This document shows, piece by piece, positions 11,009 to 26,277 of a DNA stretch of 64,000 nucleotides. The translations under genes and the position numbers were made by a program. This DNA comes from Phoronis australis. Its lineage: Eukaryota; Animalia; Phoronida. The notes under the pieces were generated by a model, which saw only the letters and a list, made by a program, of their open reading frames with translations, was not told where the DNA came from and did no database searches. How positions within the stretch are numbered: the first letter of the stretch is position 1; each line of letters begins with the position of its first letter. The stretch is taken from assembly GCA_002633005.1 (NCBI GenBank), contig NMRA01000130.1, forward strand, positions 1-64,000, written 5' to 3'.

Positions 11009-14000
11009 AACAGGAAAAACTCTCATTTAATCTTTCGTCAGTTGTTTAATTTTTATCATTACTGTACAGTACGGAGTTTAGAACATTAAAGCATATACCT
11101 TATACAAAATGTAGGTCCAAGTGCGCTTTCTGTTTTTGATCCTTGTTCAGTCCAATAAAGACAGCAATGATAAACGATTTTTTCATTGATGTTATTATGC
11201 ATATCATTTCAAAAAGTAATAGAGGCCTCCGGCCCATATCACTCGTACTATTCAAACGGTTAACAGCAAGGTCACAAATCTCACATAGCCTATTAACCAT
11301 AAAATGGTCACATAATTTTGCCCCTCAGGCGAAACGATGGCAATAAATGTAAGATAAAGTTTTGAATGGCAGTTCATTCTGTCATGACGTGCGACAGACA
11401 AAATTTTACACGCATGGATTAGAACAAAACAATCTGGTAATTTTTTCCGTATAATGTACACATGTACAAAACAACTTGTGATACCCATCTTCAGTTTTCC
11501 GTTTAACAACAAGTTTTTTGGGCGAGAGTCTAAACTAACTTTAGCTTAAACATAAGACCGAAGTATTTAGAACTGTTACCTAATTCGAGATGAGTAGCGT
11601 CAAAATTTCTTTTTTCTTGTAGTTTTTCCTAGCATGCCTGCATTGCGGAAAACTATTATCTTTGTCTTTTCTAGGTTTGCATTCAGTCCCCAAACCATAC
11701 AATAACCAGCTGCTGCTGTGGCCTATGCGCTGTGCCTGCACAATCTGGTTGATAGTCAGCGTACAATAAAATCACTACATTGGAAAACTCTACGGAGAAG
11801 TATACACCCTGGCAACTACTGTTACAATACAATTTAATTAATTCTTTTAAATACATTATATATAACAAAAGGCTAATCGTGCAACCTTGTCTGGGACCAT
11901 TTTGGTATATGTGATGTATATCTGATAAATTTTTGCCTTACGGTTTAAGAAAAAACACGAGAGATGCAAAATGGCAGCGTTAAGCAAGGTTTCATGGTTT
12001 CAGAAAGATTTCCTGGGTCTGAAATGTTAAAGGCATGTGCCACCAGATTTAATTTCGTTTTTTACCGTTTTAACTAATCTATGTCTATATCACCTCGTGC
12101 TTTGTCCAAAACTCCCCTGCCGACAGTTGTCACATTAACCAGTGCGGAAGGTGAGGACCTAAAGCGATGACGTCAACGGATCTTGCAAAGAGTGTGTGTC
12201 ACTGTTTCTGACAATGGAATGGTACCTACAAAGAAGTGTAAAATTCAACAAAGTCGCATGTGTAGCAATTTTAATGACTGCAAATGTGTTCACAAACCCA
12301 TGGATATATTTAACGCGTTCCCGGCTTTTCAGGTGCAATCAAACTATTATTGAAGATGACTGGGTATCATTCAAAATTCTTGAGGACCACAGAAACTTAA
12401 TATGAACTAGAAAATACGAGTTTGCAGTCAGGTGATTTTTGTTTTAGAAAAACGTAATTTTCACGGAGATCTCTCTTTTTCTCAAGAATTTTAAATTAAA
12501 GTTCTCTTTGTTTGACATTAACAAGATTCATTTGATTCTCGAAACATATTGTTGAATATTTTCAGCATCGTTCCAACCGAATCAAGGCTATAAACTGACA
12601 AATGTCTTAAACGTGCGATGTCAACGTGAGAAGCGAATCTTAACAGTCATTACTGGAGGGGATACGTTTTGGATTTTCTAATTATAAAAACTGCCCAAAC
12701 TTCAACTGATTTTTTCAAGTGACGATCCGAAAGCGGCAGTTGTCCAAAAAGCCAGCTTTTGCAGTACCCGCGTACGTCTCTGTTATGAAGACTTGGTATT
12801 ACAGAGAGGTTAACACTTGCAGTGAAATGGCAGGGTTGAGTCATCATATGATGGAGAAGTCCATGAGTAAGCATCCACCCTTGTCTCGGTGGGGCAGCGA
12901 ATGGCCAGATACACAGTTGGCCGCTGGAATCAGCACAGATAGCCCGAGACTAAAATCGTTATTTTAATAACACGATGCCATGAAGCTACCGAAAGTATCC
13001 CGGGGTGTTGAGCAGATGTTTTCATACAAATTTCAATATTGATTTTACTTTGAAGTCTTAATTAAGAATTATCTAGTATGCTACTGCTCTTCTTGTAAAC
13101 GAAAAGTGTATGGCCCGGATTTAGTGTTTTTAGTTGTGCCCTTATTTGACTTCAGTGCTATAAGCTGGTCAGTGTTATGCAGAGACACGAAAAACGACGC
13201 TAGACAGGTTACCTGCCTGTAAATATAATGTTTGCCTCAAATCTAAAAACACAAAACAAATTGGACGCTGATGTCGATAAGGAAATAGTGAGCCATGCTG
13301 GCTTCTCTCTCATGCTGCCCGAAATGAAAGGTCCAGTCTAAATTTGATTTTTGTAGGATTAGAATCTGGCAGCGAGGTCTTATTTGCAAACCAAGAAAAT
13401 TTTACTGTTCAACACCATGGATGCAATTCTTACAAAATCCGCATTGAGTATCCAACTTAGACGATCAAAATCGCGTGAGGTTTGTTTTCTTTTCTCATCT
13501 CTTGGCAAATCATGACGTTCAGCTCATCAAGTAAATCCAGTTTCCTTAAATTTCAATTTAAAAGACTCAAGTATAACAATGCTTCAAGTACATAGCCAGA
13601 AGATACCTCGGCTTTGAGAATGTCTGTAACCTGATCAGTCCGATCATTCGCCTGTACTTTCGCGTACACTTGGATTTGCCGGGAATCATATTAGTGTACA
13701 TCAATCACATTAGTGAGTAAAAGTATAGGTATAGCTCCTGTCGTTGTATGGAAGTGAATGGACATTACCGGTTTTACGACCGAAAGCCGCGTTTTAGATA
13801 TATCTGTTGTAATGGATAAACTTCTTCAAGTTACTAGCTTTGACCCGTGCTTTCACGCAACAAAATCCGTTGTATCTAGTTATTAAATCGACAGTTCTTA
13901 CCGCTGCTTGCCAGCCATTCGCTGACGCCAATGCTGTTGACTTTATCAGTTAAATACATTCCGATTTTGGAGTAGGATTATCCGCCGGCGGTCGAGCGTT

Positions 14001-17000
14001 TGACTGCGACCACGGGGGTTCTGTTAGGCTATGTTCCGGCCGATTTGTACGTATATGTAGTCATGACATGTTATTTTTCAAGCGTGCCGCCAAAAATCCA
14101 AATCTAGTGATATCCTATGGTTTTTATGATCTGTAAATGTTGATTTGGTTATCTCGGCTTCAACGAACATCCTAGCCAGGTCTCGGGAGATTCGTTGCAA
14201 TGAGGTTCGACCGTAGAATTTGTTTGTTTCAATGTGTGGAAAGCTGTTTAGATGTGAAGAAATTAGTTGGTGATGTTTGATCTCGGATTGCCTAACTCAA
14301 ATTCATTGACCCGAACATGAAACCGTGTTTTTTACCTAAGAATAAATGCTCACAATATAAACAAATCATCAAAAAATCTGCTAGACATACATGCATATAG
14401 TTTCAGTTCTGTTCAATTTCACAATAATATTTTATCAAGCAGTGACGCATTCATGTACGACATGTGCTCATATCCAAATTCATTTCCCCGGGCCAATTTG
14501 ATGATTATCAATGGTTTACCGAGAATAATTTATTGCGTGTGGTTATGGCTTGATGATTTATCTTTGATAACACTATCAAACCGTATCTCTGATATACAAA
14601 CAGATAACTGCTTTGTTCCGCGAGCAGTAACATTCTTGTAAGAGACGAGACGTAATATCAGAGGGCTGGCAATTGTTCATCTGGAACGTATTAAACGAAT
14701 TTTTTGCACATTAAAATGTTTTAAAAAATAAGGTGAAAATGTTGCCGTACCATCTCTTAACCGTACCACATCATTATGCAGACTTTATATTTACTCGTGC
14801 CTTCAAAACAATAATATTTATTATATATTATTACGCTCAGCTTATAGACCAACGAAAAAATCAACAAACAACGAATACCAATAAGAATAACATTCAAAAT
14901 GTTAATGAAATTCGGACAGATCGTTAATTAAAAGTTAGTCTGTAGAAATGCTTTTAAGTGATATTCCCTTCAGATACCTCAAAAGATTGAAGGTTTCGTT
15001 CACCACAAGGTCCACACTCAAAGGGTTACACTTATAATGATCGACTGCAGAGTAAAAACAAAAAAACAGCATTCTGTCGTTTGAAGGCTAATACGCTCTG
15101 TACCAGTTGGAACCATGTCGTGGATGGGTTTACTATAATCAATGCTATAAAACGGTGTCCATGAGGGGCGCAAAGAGCAAAAACTGTGAAAAAAGAAAAC
15201 CAAATATATTTTATAAATTCAGTTCTATTTGATAAATTCCATCCTATTTAAAATATAATTAAATCACGTTTCGTAAATTCAATTCTATTTAATTAATTCA
15301 ACCCAATTTGAAATAAAAAACAAAACTTGTTTGATAATTCATCTAAATAGGTATGAATTTTTTAAGTAGAGTTGATTTTACAATATATCTTTTCCGCATT
15401 TTTTGCCATTTCCGCTCCTCACGGGTAATTATAAACCAGAGACCAGTTTTATCAAATGAGATGTTCACTCGCCGTCGGTTTGGACGGCCGGCGGAGTCAC
15501 GTAATTGCGAAGACGAAGATTGCGACTTTTCGACCCAAGGGCGTACAGTGACTCACGAGCCAATGATATGGTGGTCTTAGCCACGACTGTCTGTACAATC
15601 TTTGACAAAACCGGCCTCACGTGACTTAACCACACATTTTTTTGTCTCGAACCCTTTCATTCCATTCCATTATGGAGAATGATTTCCATTCCCTTTCGAA
15701 CAGCACGTCTAGAGCATCGACAACTAAAGAAAAGTGTCACGAGAATTTCACGAAGATAGCGTGATCACGTGCTGCACTTGTAATACATGGCGATATTTCA
15801 CAAAATCTGATGTGATCTTGTGTTTTCGCGAGATTCCAGCGTCTACGGAGCGCATGCCTGGTAACCACGGAGTCGGAAAGGTTACTGTTTACAATCCGAA
15901 TCCATTAACGTACATACCCGATAATAATATTTTCTGAATCCTCTCGTCAGGGTGTTCATGGTGATTCCAAAAATGTATTACTCGTACCGATTAGACTCTT
16001 TTTATTCATGCATTCACCGTTTTTACGAGGGGTTCATTTGCGGCAGCCGATCTCGAGTGACCGCCATTGTAAAACTGCGAAACCTGTCGGCAGGAATGAT
16101 AACTACAACCATCATGCGTGTGTCAAAAAGACTCCAAAATTGGCTAGTATATTGAAAATACCGCGTGGCATGTTAGGGAAACTCTGAGTAACAAACAGTA
16201 ATAGTCCTTTATAAAGGATTCCCTCTTCAAAATTTCATCAGAAAAAAACACGAGAGTGTGTGTTCTCGCGGACAAATGTCCTCGAAAACACTTGACAGCT
16301 CGAGGTTAACCGTTAGTTATCAATCCTGCCGAAAGGTGTTGCACTTTTAAAAATGGCTGCCTCACTAAATCCGCATTGCAAATGAACGCTTTGGAAAAAC
16401 TCGGAAATTTTGAATAATAATCGACCAATCAGTACAAGTAATACATTTTTGGAATCACCATGACTAGAGAATTTAGAAAATAGTAGTATCAAGTATGTAC
16501 GTTAATGGAGTCGGATTGTAAACAATAACCGTCCGTCGGAAAAATGGAAGATATCAAGTTAATGCAAGAGAATCTGTACACGTAATGCCCCCAACTTATA
16601 ACGTTCCAATTAAAGTGACATGGAGCATAAAGAACAGACTAAATTCTATTATTTCAAATTGCTCTCAAACTGTTCACCAGGTATTTTTACGGTAAGTGTT
16701 CGTAAACATTTCTAATTTCTGTTGATGTCTACCATTTCCCCTTTAGTTTCAATTTTAAATAAAAAAAATGTCAACTGCTTGTCTCTTCGTCGATTTTACT
16801 TCCACACAGCTAAGCAAGTCTTCTTATTTGGTATGGTAAGACATAGAAGAGGATATTTCCTTTTTATGGAAAATGTGACCTTGACCTTTGACGTAAACAA
16901 AACAAATGCGAATTCATGCAGCTGCCAGTCCGACACCTTTGAGCGCATACGCGGATATAAATTATAAGGAGCGGATTTGAACTATTCAAAGTGAATAACT

Positions 17001-20000
17001 CCCACGTTAGCATCCCCAAGAAGTAGATTAGTCAAGATCTGTATTTTTACGAGTTTTCTCGTTCCATGCCTCTGTTAATGTGAAAAAGAACACGCATTAT
17101 ACCTAAAAAATAAGGCCCAGTGTTTGCGTGTGTGTTCCAAATCTGAGTTTCAATTTGGTCTCCATCTCATTTCAGAGCAGTGAGCTCCATCTATAAACGG
17201 TTTCGATGCCAATTTATTTGACAACTGTCCCCATTTTATTGGAGTTTTTATCCTAAATGTATTTTTTACATTTTTGCTGATCTTACTCATTTCTCTTGTA
17301 CAGATTTTAAGCATGCTTACATTATCAAAGGTTTTTTTCTGTGCGAACAGGATTTATTTTACTTGTAGCTTTGCTTTGGACGGACTTTCAAGGGAACGAC
17401 CTTTTTAACTTTGCTGCCGGACTACAAATCTTCAGCCAACATTGCTCCCTTTAGACTTTAAGAGAACCATATTTCGTATATCTGTGCTTGCGCTTAGTTT
17501 GATATTGAGTTTGAACGGAACATCTGCCTTCAGTAGGTCTGGGAGCGTTATTTATTAAACTCCCCTCATATGTTTGCAGCAACCCATCTTGTTGCTGAAA
17601 GAAAGTGTGATAGATAAGAAGACAGTCGCACGTAAAAGACATGAATTGAGTTCCACAGCTGGGACTCAGGTGGCAAGGTCGACATAAACAGAGCAGATTT
17701 GTGGGAGATTTGGCATTGCTTATGCGTCCTGTCGAGTTGTAGAGACTAGGTGGGTTGGTAGGTACTATTCTTGCAGTCCAGTTTTGTATTGCGGCTTGTA
17801 AAAATCGCAAAAACACAAAGAAACTTACAAAAAGTAAGTCAAAATTGTATTTTTTGCTGTTCAGTGTTGAATTCTTTATGGAAGCGCTTTATAGGTTTGA
17901 AAGCATTACCACGTTCTTCCTATATGGAAGCGTTTTTCTTGAGTCGCTGAAAAGGAATATTATGAGACCGATTTTGTCAGAGTAGACTTAAGTCTATTTT
18001 CGTTTTAACCAGCTTAACAATATGAAATTCAACTTTAAGTAAACCCAAAAGAATAAGGCGCACTAGTTCGCTATTTGCGACTAGATAATGCGACGGCATC
18101 GCAATGGGAAGCATCAACAAGTGCCATAGTGCTGTCAAAGGATACGTTTACATTTTGTGGTAAATCGAAGCTACATACATCCTTTACAAGATTGGTGTGA
18201 AGATACTATCTCATTATCAACACAACCCTTTCCTTTTACATCCAACATTGCAAGAGTGTATCACTTGTAAATATGGCGTTTGTCACAGCGGACAGCAGAT
18301 TTTCTAAATATAGCCAGTGACATCACTTGCAGAGTAACAGCGGACAGAACATGGAAGAACAAAACCTCACGATGTCGTGCACATTGTCTCTACGTCTTTA
18401 ATTTAATTGAAAATATTTTGTGCTTGCTTGATGGTTGTAATGGCTTGTTCCAGGATGTTTCAGATTTAGGTGGGGTCAGGAAATTCTACTTTCATCGTGC
18501 TTGTCTGACCATAAAGGGGGCAATGAATCCGCACCTTCCGTCAAAAATCAACTTTTGGCTTAGGCCACTGACTGTTATGCAACCGATCTCATTTTGTTCC
18601 TTGTTCAGATTTATAATGACATCAAGGCTTGACAAAGGCGTACAGGTCATGAACCATGCACGCAATCCACCAAGGCAGTATGGTTGACAACGGAACTCCA
18701 TTTGTTTTATTGTGACCAAATAGTTTCTATTGGAACCAATTTCATTTCAAACACAGGAAAAAGCAGTGCCGACATTACTTTTCAAGAGCAAACACCCCTA
18801 TGAAGGAAACTGACAGGTTTAATTCCAGAACATGCGTAGCTCGTGAGGATTTCACTGTTTTCTTACTGTATCAGCACAATCTGACTTAAACAAACGCCAA
18901 TTTGTCTGCGCTTTTTCTTCATTTTTCAAAAGTAAGCTGAATGTCTATTGGTACAAGTATGTGATTTGTTTGAATCTAATTGATTCAGACGTATTCAAAC
19001 TGAACAATGTGTTTTTATCCGCTTGACCTCTTGACAAAGTAGGATTGTTCGAATCAACTAAATGTACATAAATCACAGTGTAAAAAACAAGGCGGTATGC
19101 GTCGTTATTTTTTGATTGCGCAGATTCATCAATTGCGTTCATTTATAAAAGGAAACCACTTCCTACATCAAACTGAATGCATATAATTCAACCAAGAATC
19201 GAATAAGAGCATTACTCGGAACATAAACACCTTCCAGGAGCTTTCGAGAAACACTCGACGTCCTGATTTTTTGCATGCGTCGCGCTTTGTTATAACTGAA
19301 GTCTAAACATCATTCACATATATTTTGTTTCACCTAAATTAGCAAGTCGAATAAAAACTCTTTCATGCATATTCCGGGAAACGGCTTTTTGTGTACTTCG
19401 TTTCATTATTCTTGCCATGAAAAGCTGTACCATTAGTGCAACGCGACTGGAGATGAATTAAATTTTCAAAAGGACGAAATCACCTTTCACCACTGTCAGC
19501 AAACAGTTGGACTCAGCACTGTCAATAAAACTTTGAGGTCCTCATCGCCCTTGTTTTAGTTTGACAATTTACACTTGCGGGTGGCAAAAGTATGTATGTA
19601 TCAGTGTTTGAAAGAAATGCAAATGTGATACCCAACGAAACCCTGGTTCATATGTACTTTCCATTTTCAAATAATTAATTATGTATTATTTACTGCACGC
19701 ACGAGCCTACTCTCTCTAGAGCGTCATAGTAGACTTTATACTAATATAGCGCCTTCGCGCGAGTATCACTGTTCACGCTGGGCTGGAAAGTGATAAAAGT
19801 GACTGATCACCTGTTGCAAAGCTGTCTGTAAACATAAGAAACAATATAATAACCGTTTGGATAAAGCCTATTTATTTTCTTACCTGCGCCCTTAGCTCAA
19901 CAGCAAATCCGAGACTACTTGGACGGCACCCACTAACGAAGACCACAGGTCTGATCAGCTTTAGACAAAGTCTCAGTTTCTTGCTCAAAGCATTTGGCAG

Positions 20001-20410
20001 TCCTATTCGTCTATGCGACAGTCCTACAATATCTCTCCAAGGGACAGCACCCAACTGTTGACACGTAAATACGTCATAAACTGGCCCTTGTGAGAGCGGT
20101 TTCCGCGGAGGGGGTGTTACTGCTATCTAAAGCTAAGCAGTTCCACTGTTCTCATTCTGGTAAGAACGTACTTGACGTATGTACGCAAGACTTCTCATGC
20201 GTCTCAATATGAAAATTTAACGTGATTACAGTACGAAGGCACATTTTGGTCATTTTTTGCACGAAGAATGTTTTTTACATACACGTTTGTTGGCACGCGG
20301 TATCGAACGCATTAGCTTCGCAATAGCAGCCGGAAGCTGTGCCGCTGAGCCAAATCCCATGCGTTGTAACGCAGAGCACTCTAAGAGTACTAAAGTGATA
20401 AGGATACACG

Positions 20411-20565
20411 CCTCCCGTTCAGTAACGCTAGGACCTCGCTAAAAAGCAAGACTTCGCGAGATTACGTGAGATATTGCCGTGCATTTTAAATGAGAACACG
20501 TGACTTTGACTAGGTTTTAGTTAGGTCCTAGCGTAGGTCCTAGCGTCTACTGAACGCACGCCAGG
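20411..20565. mobile_element. Short MITE, copy 1
   Basis: TIR cgttcagtaacgctaggacct…aggtcctagcgtctactgaacg; a near-identical copy sits at 41851-42009. Confidence 0.8.
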
Positions 20566-22722
20566 TCTTGATTTCAGCGTTTCCCGGTGGTAAAACCGAT
20601 AACGTCTTTGTAAGTAAGTCGAATTTTTCCAATGCAAAAAAGATAGTCGTCACGTGACCAATCTGAGAGTTGTCTTCTTGATCGTGCTGCGGCTGCTCTT
20701 CCTCATATCTCACTTTCTCTGAATGATTTTAATCGTACTTGTGGAATTTAGATATTGACAGTTTTTGAAACTGGTGCCAATTCTTTGACGTCCTGACCAA
20801 GGAAAGTCGACAGCCGTCGTCGTTCTCGACATTGTAATCGTTGTCATCTTCGTCGCCGCCATAGTTATCATGACCTTTGTCAGTTTTCCACGCGTTACAA
20901 ATTTCGAAGTAGCGGATCCACGGCTATCAAAATTTTCGGATGGATGACTGAATTTCCGGTACTATGTTAGTCTTAAACCAGTAGATGTCTACTTATTTGA
21001 AGTAAAATTAAATAAATAATAACCGTGTTTCATTACGAGTGTTTTTGGCAATAAGTAAGCCTCAAACATTTCGATTGCCGGTCGGACTAAGCTGTGACTA
21101 TACTCTTTGCAGATTTGTCATCAAAGAAAAGGGTCTGTCGTTTAATAAGCGTGTAAGTAAGATGCAGTAGGTCTACATGTATACGCAAAAATGGAGGAAA
21201 TTGACTACAGTGTTTTACATTGCCCTTTAATCCGTTGCGAATTTCGTGTTAAACGGTCACATCCGGACTTCGATATTGATGAGCCTATGTTCACAAAACT
21301 TATAATGGTATTAAGAAGATATTCCACACACTCGCTCGAATTATAGTGACCTCCTTATGCAAATATAGGACTACAGCTGACATCATTTTCAAACAAGTAA
21401 TATATCTCAGAATGCTCATATCGAAGCCAAAATGTCAGCCAAACGCACTTGTGACACGTATACCACCATGCAGCAGGCAAACGCCAACACGAGTGGACCA
21501 CGGCTACACTTACACAAGCTCATATTATATACTGTCTCGAAATATTATCGTTAGAGAAGCCAAGAACTTTTTCGTTAACATGGATTTCTGAGTGTGTAAC
21601 GTTGAGAGTATAAACGTACCTTTAAGTCCCTTAAACTGGTTTCTTTCGAAGTATCTAATGGAGAAACGTGTTCTCTGATATTGCAAGATCTTTATTCTTT
21701 CAATGGAATATCTATCCAGGTTTTAGATATAAAAATGATAAGCATTTGCTATTAAAAAATGTTTAAATGAGCCTATATCAGTTATGTCACCCCCCGGACA
21801 CAAAATACGCGCGTGGTTGCCGACATACAAGGTTCGCCGATTTTTCTGATGACAATCGTTTGTCGGCGTTATTTGCTCGTTCAATATTTGAATTAACTCT
21901 TTACCAACGGAACCAAATTTCTTCCGAGAAACTACTGAAGTTTTATGTCGAGTAGACTTCATTGGAAGCCCGATCTATAGAGCAACTGGAGGACACTCGA
22001 GTTTCAGAAACACCATTTTAAACCTATCGAAAGATAAATCGAGGTGAGCTAAACGTGACATAAACTAACTTATTTTTCATTTCTTAATCGTAATGAAACC
22101 GTGGAGTGTTGAATGTCAACTTCAAACTATCTTCATTAACTACGGCTTCTTTTGTTAACAAGGTGTTGTATCAAGCCCTTTTTAAGAGATCAAAATGCCA
22201 TATAGGACGGAAGTGTCAATTTGCAGAACGAGTACGCAATGAGTTTTACCGAGCCACTGTGCTGTGTGAAATACGTGCTGCGATTGTAAAATCTCTCATG
22301 TGAGACTACCGATCGGTCAAAATACTTGTTTTAAAGGCTTAAGTTTCGTAACTTTTGACGTGTCATACACAACGTGAAAATGCATTGCAGTGACTGGAAT
22401 CATAAATACTGTCGCTAAGTCTCTGACCACAGGATCAGCGCTCAATGTATTTTATTGACACGCCTGCCCAGAAATTTATTGGCAATCTGGTATATTCGGA
22501 AACACTAAAGATTGTGCACAAAATAACGCATTTATAAATGCGCCTTCCGACACACGAACCAACTTTTTATTTAGACCATTTACCGTTAAGAAATTGGTTT
22601 CAAATTGTTTCGTAGTCAATATGATCAGTGGGCTCGTAAAGCACTGACAGCCAGTTATTGATTGGGACCAGGCTCTTGAATTTGATTTGTAAGCTAACGG
22701 CCTGCCATTTTATTCGTCGGGC

Positions 22723-22805
22723 ATCAGCGACTCAAGAAAACCCTTCAATTTGCGGTACATGTCCATCAGCGACTCAAGAAAACGTTTCAATTCGTGGTAC
22801 ATGTC
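22723..22805. repeat. ~42-bp tandem duplication
   Basis: catcagcgactcaagaaaac…ggtacatgtc occurs twice. Confidence 0.85.
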
Positions 22806-24534
22806 TGCCTTGCTCATTCAGCAACAGTGGAAGATTGGATAGTTGAAGTAATGTCTTTACATCCCAAACAGCTTCGGTCAAAATTTAACATTCGTTTTTA
22901 CCCAGCTAAACTGGGCGTTTTAACTGTGACAATCGCTTAAACACGTTACTACATTTGAGAGAGGTTATACAAAATAAGGTTGTATAGGACCATAAAAAAA
23001 TTCCACTTTTGACCAATTTCGGAACTTTGTATTTTCAGAAGTGAAACTTTTAGGTACTATACTTCATACGTTGTTCTACAAATTTCTGTTAAGAATTATT
23101 CTTATAATGTTACACTGTTGCATGAGGGGTTATCAAATATAGGGCTTATGTTGATTTTCATGAAAAAAATAAAGTTTCATCAAACAAAAACGAAACGATA
23201 ATTTAGAAAACTGAGAGTTTTTGAGATTTGATCTGGAACATTCACATCATACAGAATTTGGTCATGTTATCGATCCTGTTGTATTGCTATGAATGTACCT
23301 TTATTTTCTGCTAAATTTTCCTGAAAAAACTAGGTCACGTGACTTGATTTCTACTTCCAAAATAAGTTTTTCACTGAGTTAAATTCTTCTGTATTTCTGG
23401 TCCCACGTAACGTTAACACCTTCATGAATTTTGAATAGCGATGAAATCTATTGACTTGACAGGTGTTTTTGTTAGGTCGGATGCAGCAAGTGATAGACGC
23501 AGTCTATTCACTGAACTAACTCGTGAGTAGAATGTACTTCTATCATTTCCTTATCAACATTGGCATAAAAGACAGTACTGCGTCACACCATTCAATACTT
23601 TTAGATGAACGAAGATGTCAAACAAAAATCATGATGGCACCATTGATGGAGTCTAAAAGAACAGACTAGATTACAATCATGTCAAAGATAACATTCTAAA
23701 CAAGAACTTCCTATCAATGTATGGTTACAAAATTTGAAGGCCTAATAGCTTTCAGAAATGTCCCACCAGAAAAAAGCATCTAAGCCTATAAGAAATCTGA
23801 GTTGGCTGTTAAGATAATTTACTCAATTACGATAGGTTGCTTTCAAAACAGGCCTTTTAAATATCCATCGGATTTCAAACTTCACAAGTAACAGGATTTC
23901 GTAAATGGTCCAGTTTAAGCTATACGTTACTTGTAAAAAGTCTGAAGACGTCATGCTGCTGTTTTCTTGTCTGGCTGTCTCAATCACAGTCTTCTGAATT
24001 TGGACAGGAAAATGTGTTCGTTTTAATGAATTGTCCTGCTAAGTGGGTCTAAATGGCACACATTTATATACTTATTCAATATTTCCGAGGGTGACGGAAA
24101 ATGCGTGCTGCTAATGTCACTGCTAATGTCACTGCTAATGCCTCAGCCATTATATGATTGTTTTGTTCTAAGTTTTCAAATTTGAACAGGGGAGATCATA
24201 ACAACTAATAATCATTAGTGCGATACCTTGGACGAATAGGAAAATATTTTTCATTTCTTATTTAGAAACAAATTAGTCAAAACAGTGTAACAGTGAAACT
24301 TGATAAGTATCCTCAGTTAAGTCAATTGCAATGTAAGGTTACACAAATTTCAAGCCAAGGCATATAGTAAAGAGCTTTGACACAAAGTGGGAAACTCAAC
24401 GATTTGGCCGGAAGTTGACTGCATGATATCATGATAATGAGACGTAGTGAGGAAATGTGTAAGAAGCAAACCAAGAATACATCCAGAACTGTAGTCGGGG
24501 AAAAGTCATGATTAAAGATGGTTTAAGAAATTAG

Positions 24535-24792
24535 ATACTCATTCCACTTCATTTTAGTTAAACAATTCATAAAACGGATTTTAATCCAAGTTTGTTCGGT
24601 CGAAACTTTGCCCAAATAATTCTCATACCACAAAATTCCAAAAATATTTTCAAATTTAACTGGATTTGATATGATTTAGTAGTTTGATTTTTATTTTGGT
24701 GCTGCACCATCACCTAATAGTGAGCGACAGATGATACAAGCATTGTGGGTACCCACTCATCTGCCGCCATCTGTAATGAGGCTTCAGCGGAA
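24535..24792. repeat. Old interspersed repeat; inverted copy at ~39972-40228
   Basis: Shared blocks ttcattttagttaaac…ttcataaaacggattt and gggtac…ccgccatctgtaatgagg match the reverse complement at 39972-40228. Confidence 0.7.
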
Positions 24793-26277
24793 ATCCCGCC
24801 CACTTTTTAAAAAAGTAATGGTAAAACAAGGCAAACACAAACAGCGCTGAACGTTACTAAATTTTTATACATGTATTTTAGTGATCCTTCGAATGACGAA
24901 ACTCATTCTGTGTTCTAAATTGGTGAACGTAAAAGAAATGATATCTTTAAAAGTGCTCCCACGCAAATCTCAAACCACACTTCTAACGGATATTGCACCA
25001 GAGGTTCGAAAATAAGTCCAATAAGGATTTTGATGTTTTGTTGTAAATCTTATTTCTCCGGACATTTCAAAATCACGAAAGAGTGCATTCTCAGGCACAT
25101 AAGGTCTAGATGACGTGCTTTGAAAGCCTTTGCACACCATGAATGGCCACTGTCAAGATGATTTGTGCCATTAGGAAGGAAAAGTACTTCAGAATGATTG
25201 GCAACTTTCTCCATGGGGTTCAAGTTCGCCTACAATAGAATGGCATTCATTTGAATTATGTTCTTGTTGATGCACTATTTTGAGCCAGAGAATGACGTTT
25301 TTTTGTTAATACTTTGTATTTTTGCCAGCTTCTAGATAATGTAATAATTTGTGAAGTTTCTTGTATCAGCAAAAATTCGTTGCCATATTTCAAATCGGAT
25401 TACATCTGGTTTTGAGACACCCTGTAGATCTTCACAGACGAGATTGTTTTTTCCTGTAATTGAGAGAGCAGCCGGTGAGGAGACTTTGCCATAAACTATA
25501 ATATTCATATGCATGCAGACAAGTGCACGACCTTGTTGAACTGTTAAGTGTCGCATAACAAGTAACTGGCGTAATAAAGTCGAAACAGCTTCTCAGTGAA
25601 TAGGCGATTTTTGTAAAAAAAACTCCGTGCAATCACATTGTGCAATCTGAAAACTACGTCTTTGCATAGAGACAGTAACACTTCAAGCGTCTATGAATCT
25701 CTTTTCCTTGAAAACAATTTGGATTCAGACCTTTCATCGTCATAAAGCTGGGCTAAAGTTATTGGTGACTCAGGCACGAAGTGTTTTCAGGAGCTCGGAA
25801 ATGCAGTGACAGTTCGTTATTGTTTGAAAACGTGCCCCGGCGCGTAAAAAAAAGAATAACGTGACAAGCCAGCTTGTTGATCCTGGCTTCGAGAAAGCTC
25901 AGAAATTACCTGTACCTCCAATTTCACTATAGACCATTTTCTTAATAGTTAGTTGTCTCAATCAAAAGTTGTTTTTGCGACGGAAGGCAAGTTTATAGGC
26001 AAATTAAGGATGTCAGCAGCAGAGTCACAGACTCAGCATCAGAATCGTACATATGCGCATGTTCGAGACTGTCACGTCTGGATCGTTAGAGCAATGCCTG
26101 TGATCAGCCGTCCATAACGAGTAAAAGGAGTGATGATTTATGAGTAGCGCATGCAGGCGAAGATGACGAGAACATTACTTCTGAAACCAGTAAAAGTTAG
26201 TGCAGTCGATGACAACCATGTGATGATGAAGATAACACGAATTATGTTGTGAAAATGGGCATTTACCATGCAGTCGT

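Noticed and set aside
12650-12990. Coding-looking, GC-richer segment (also 17450-18800)
   Set aside because: Stops occur in all frames and there is no recognisable motif or consistent splice pair; probably old repeat debris.
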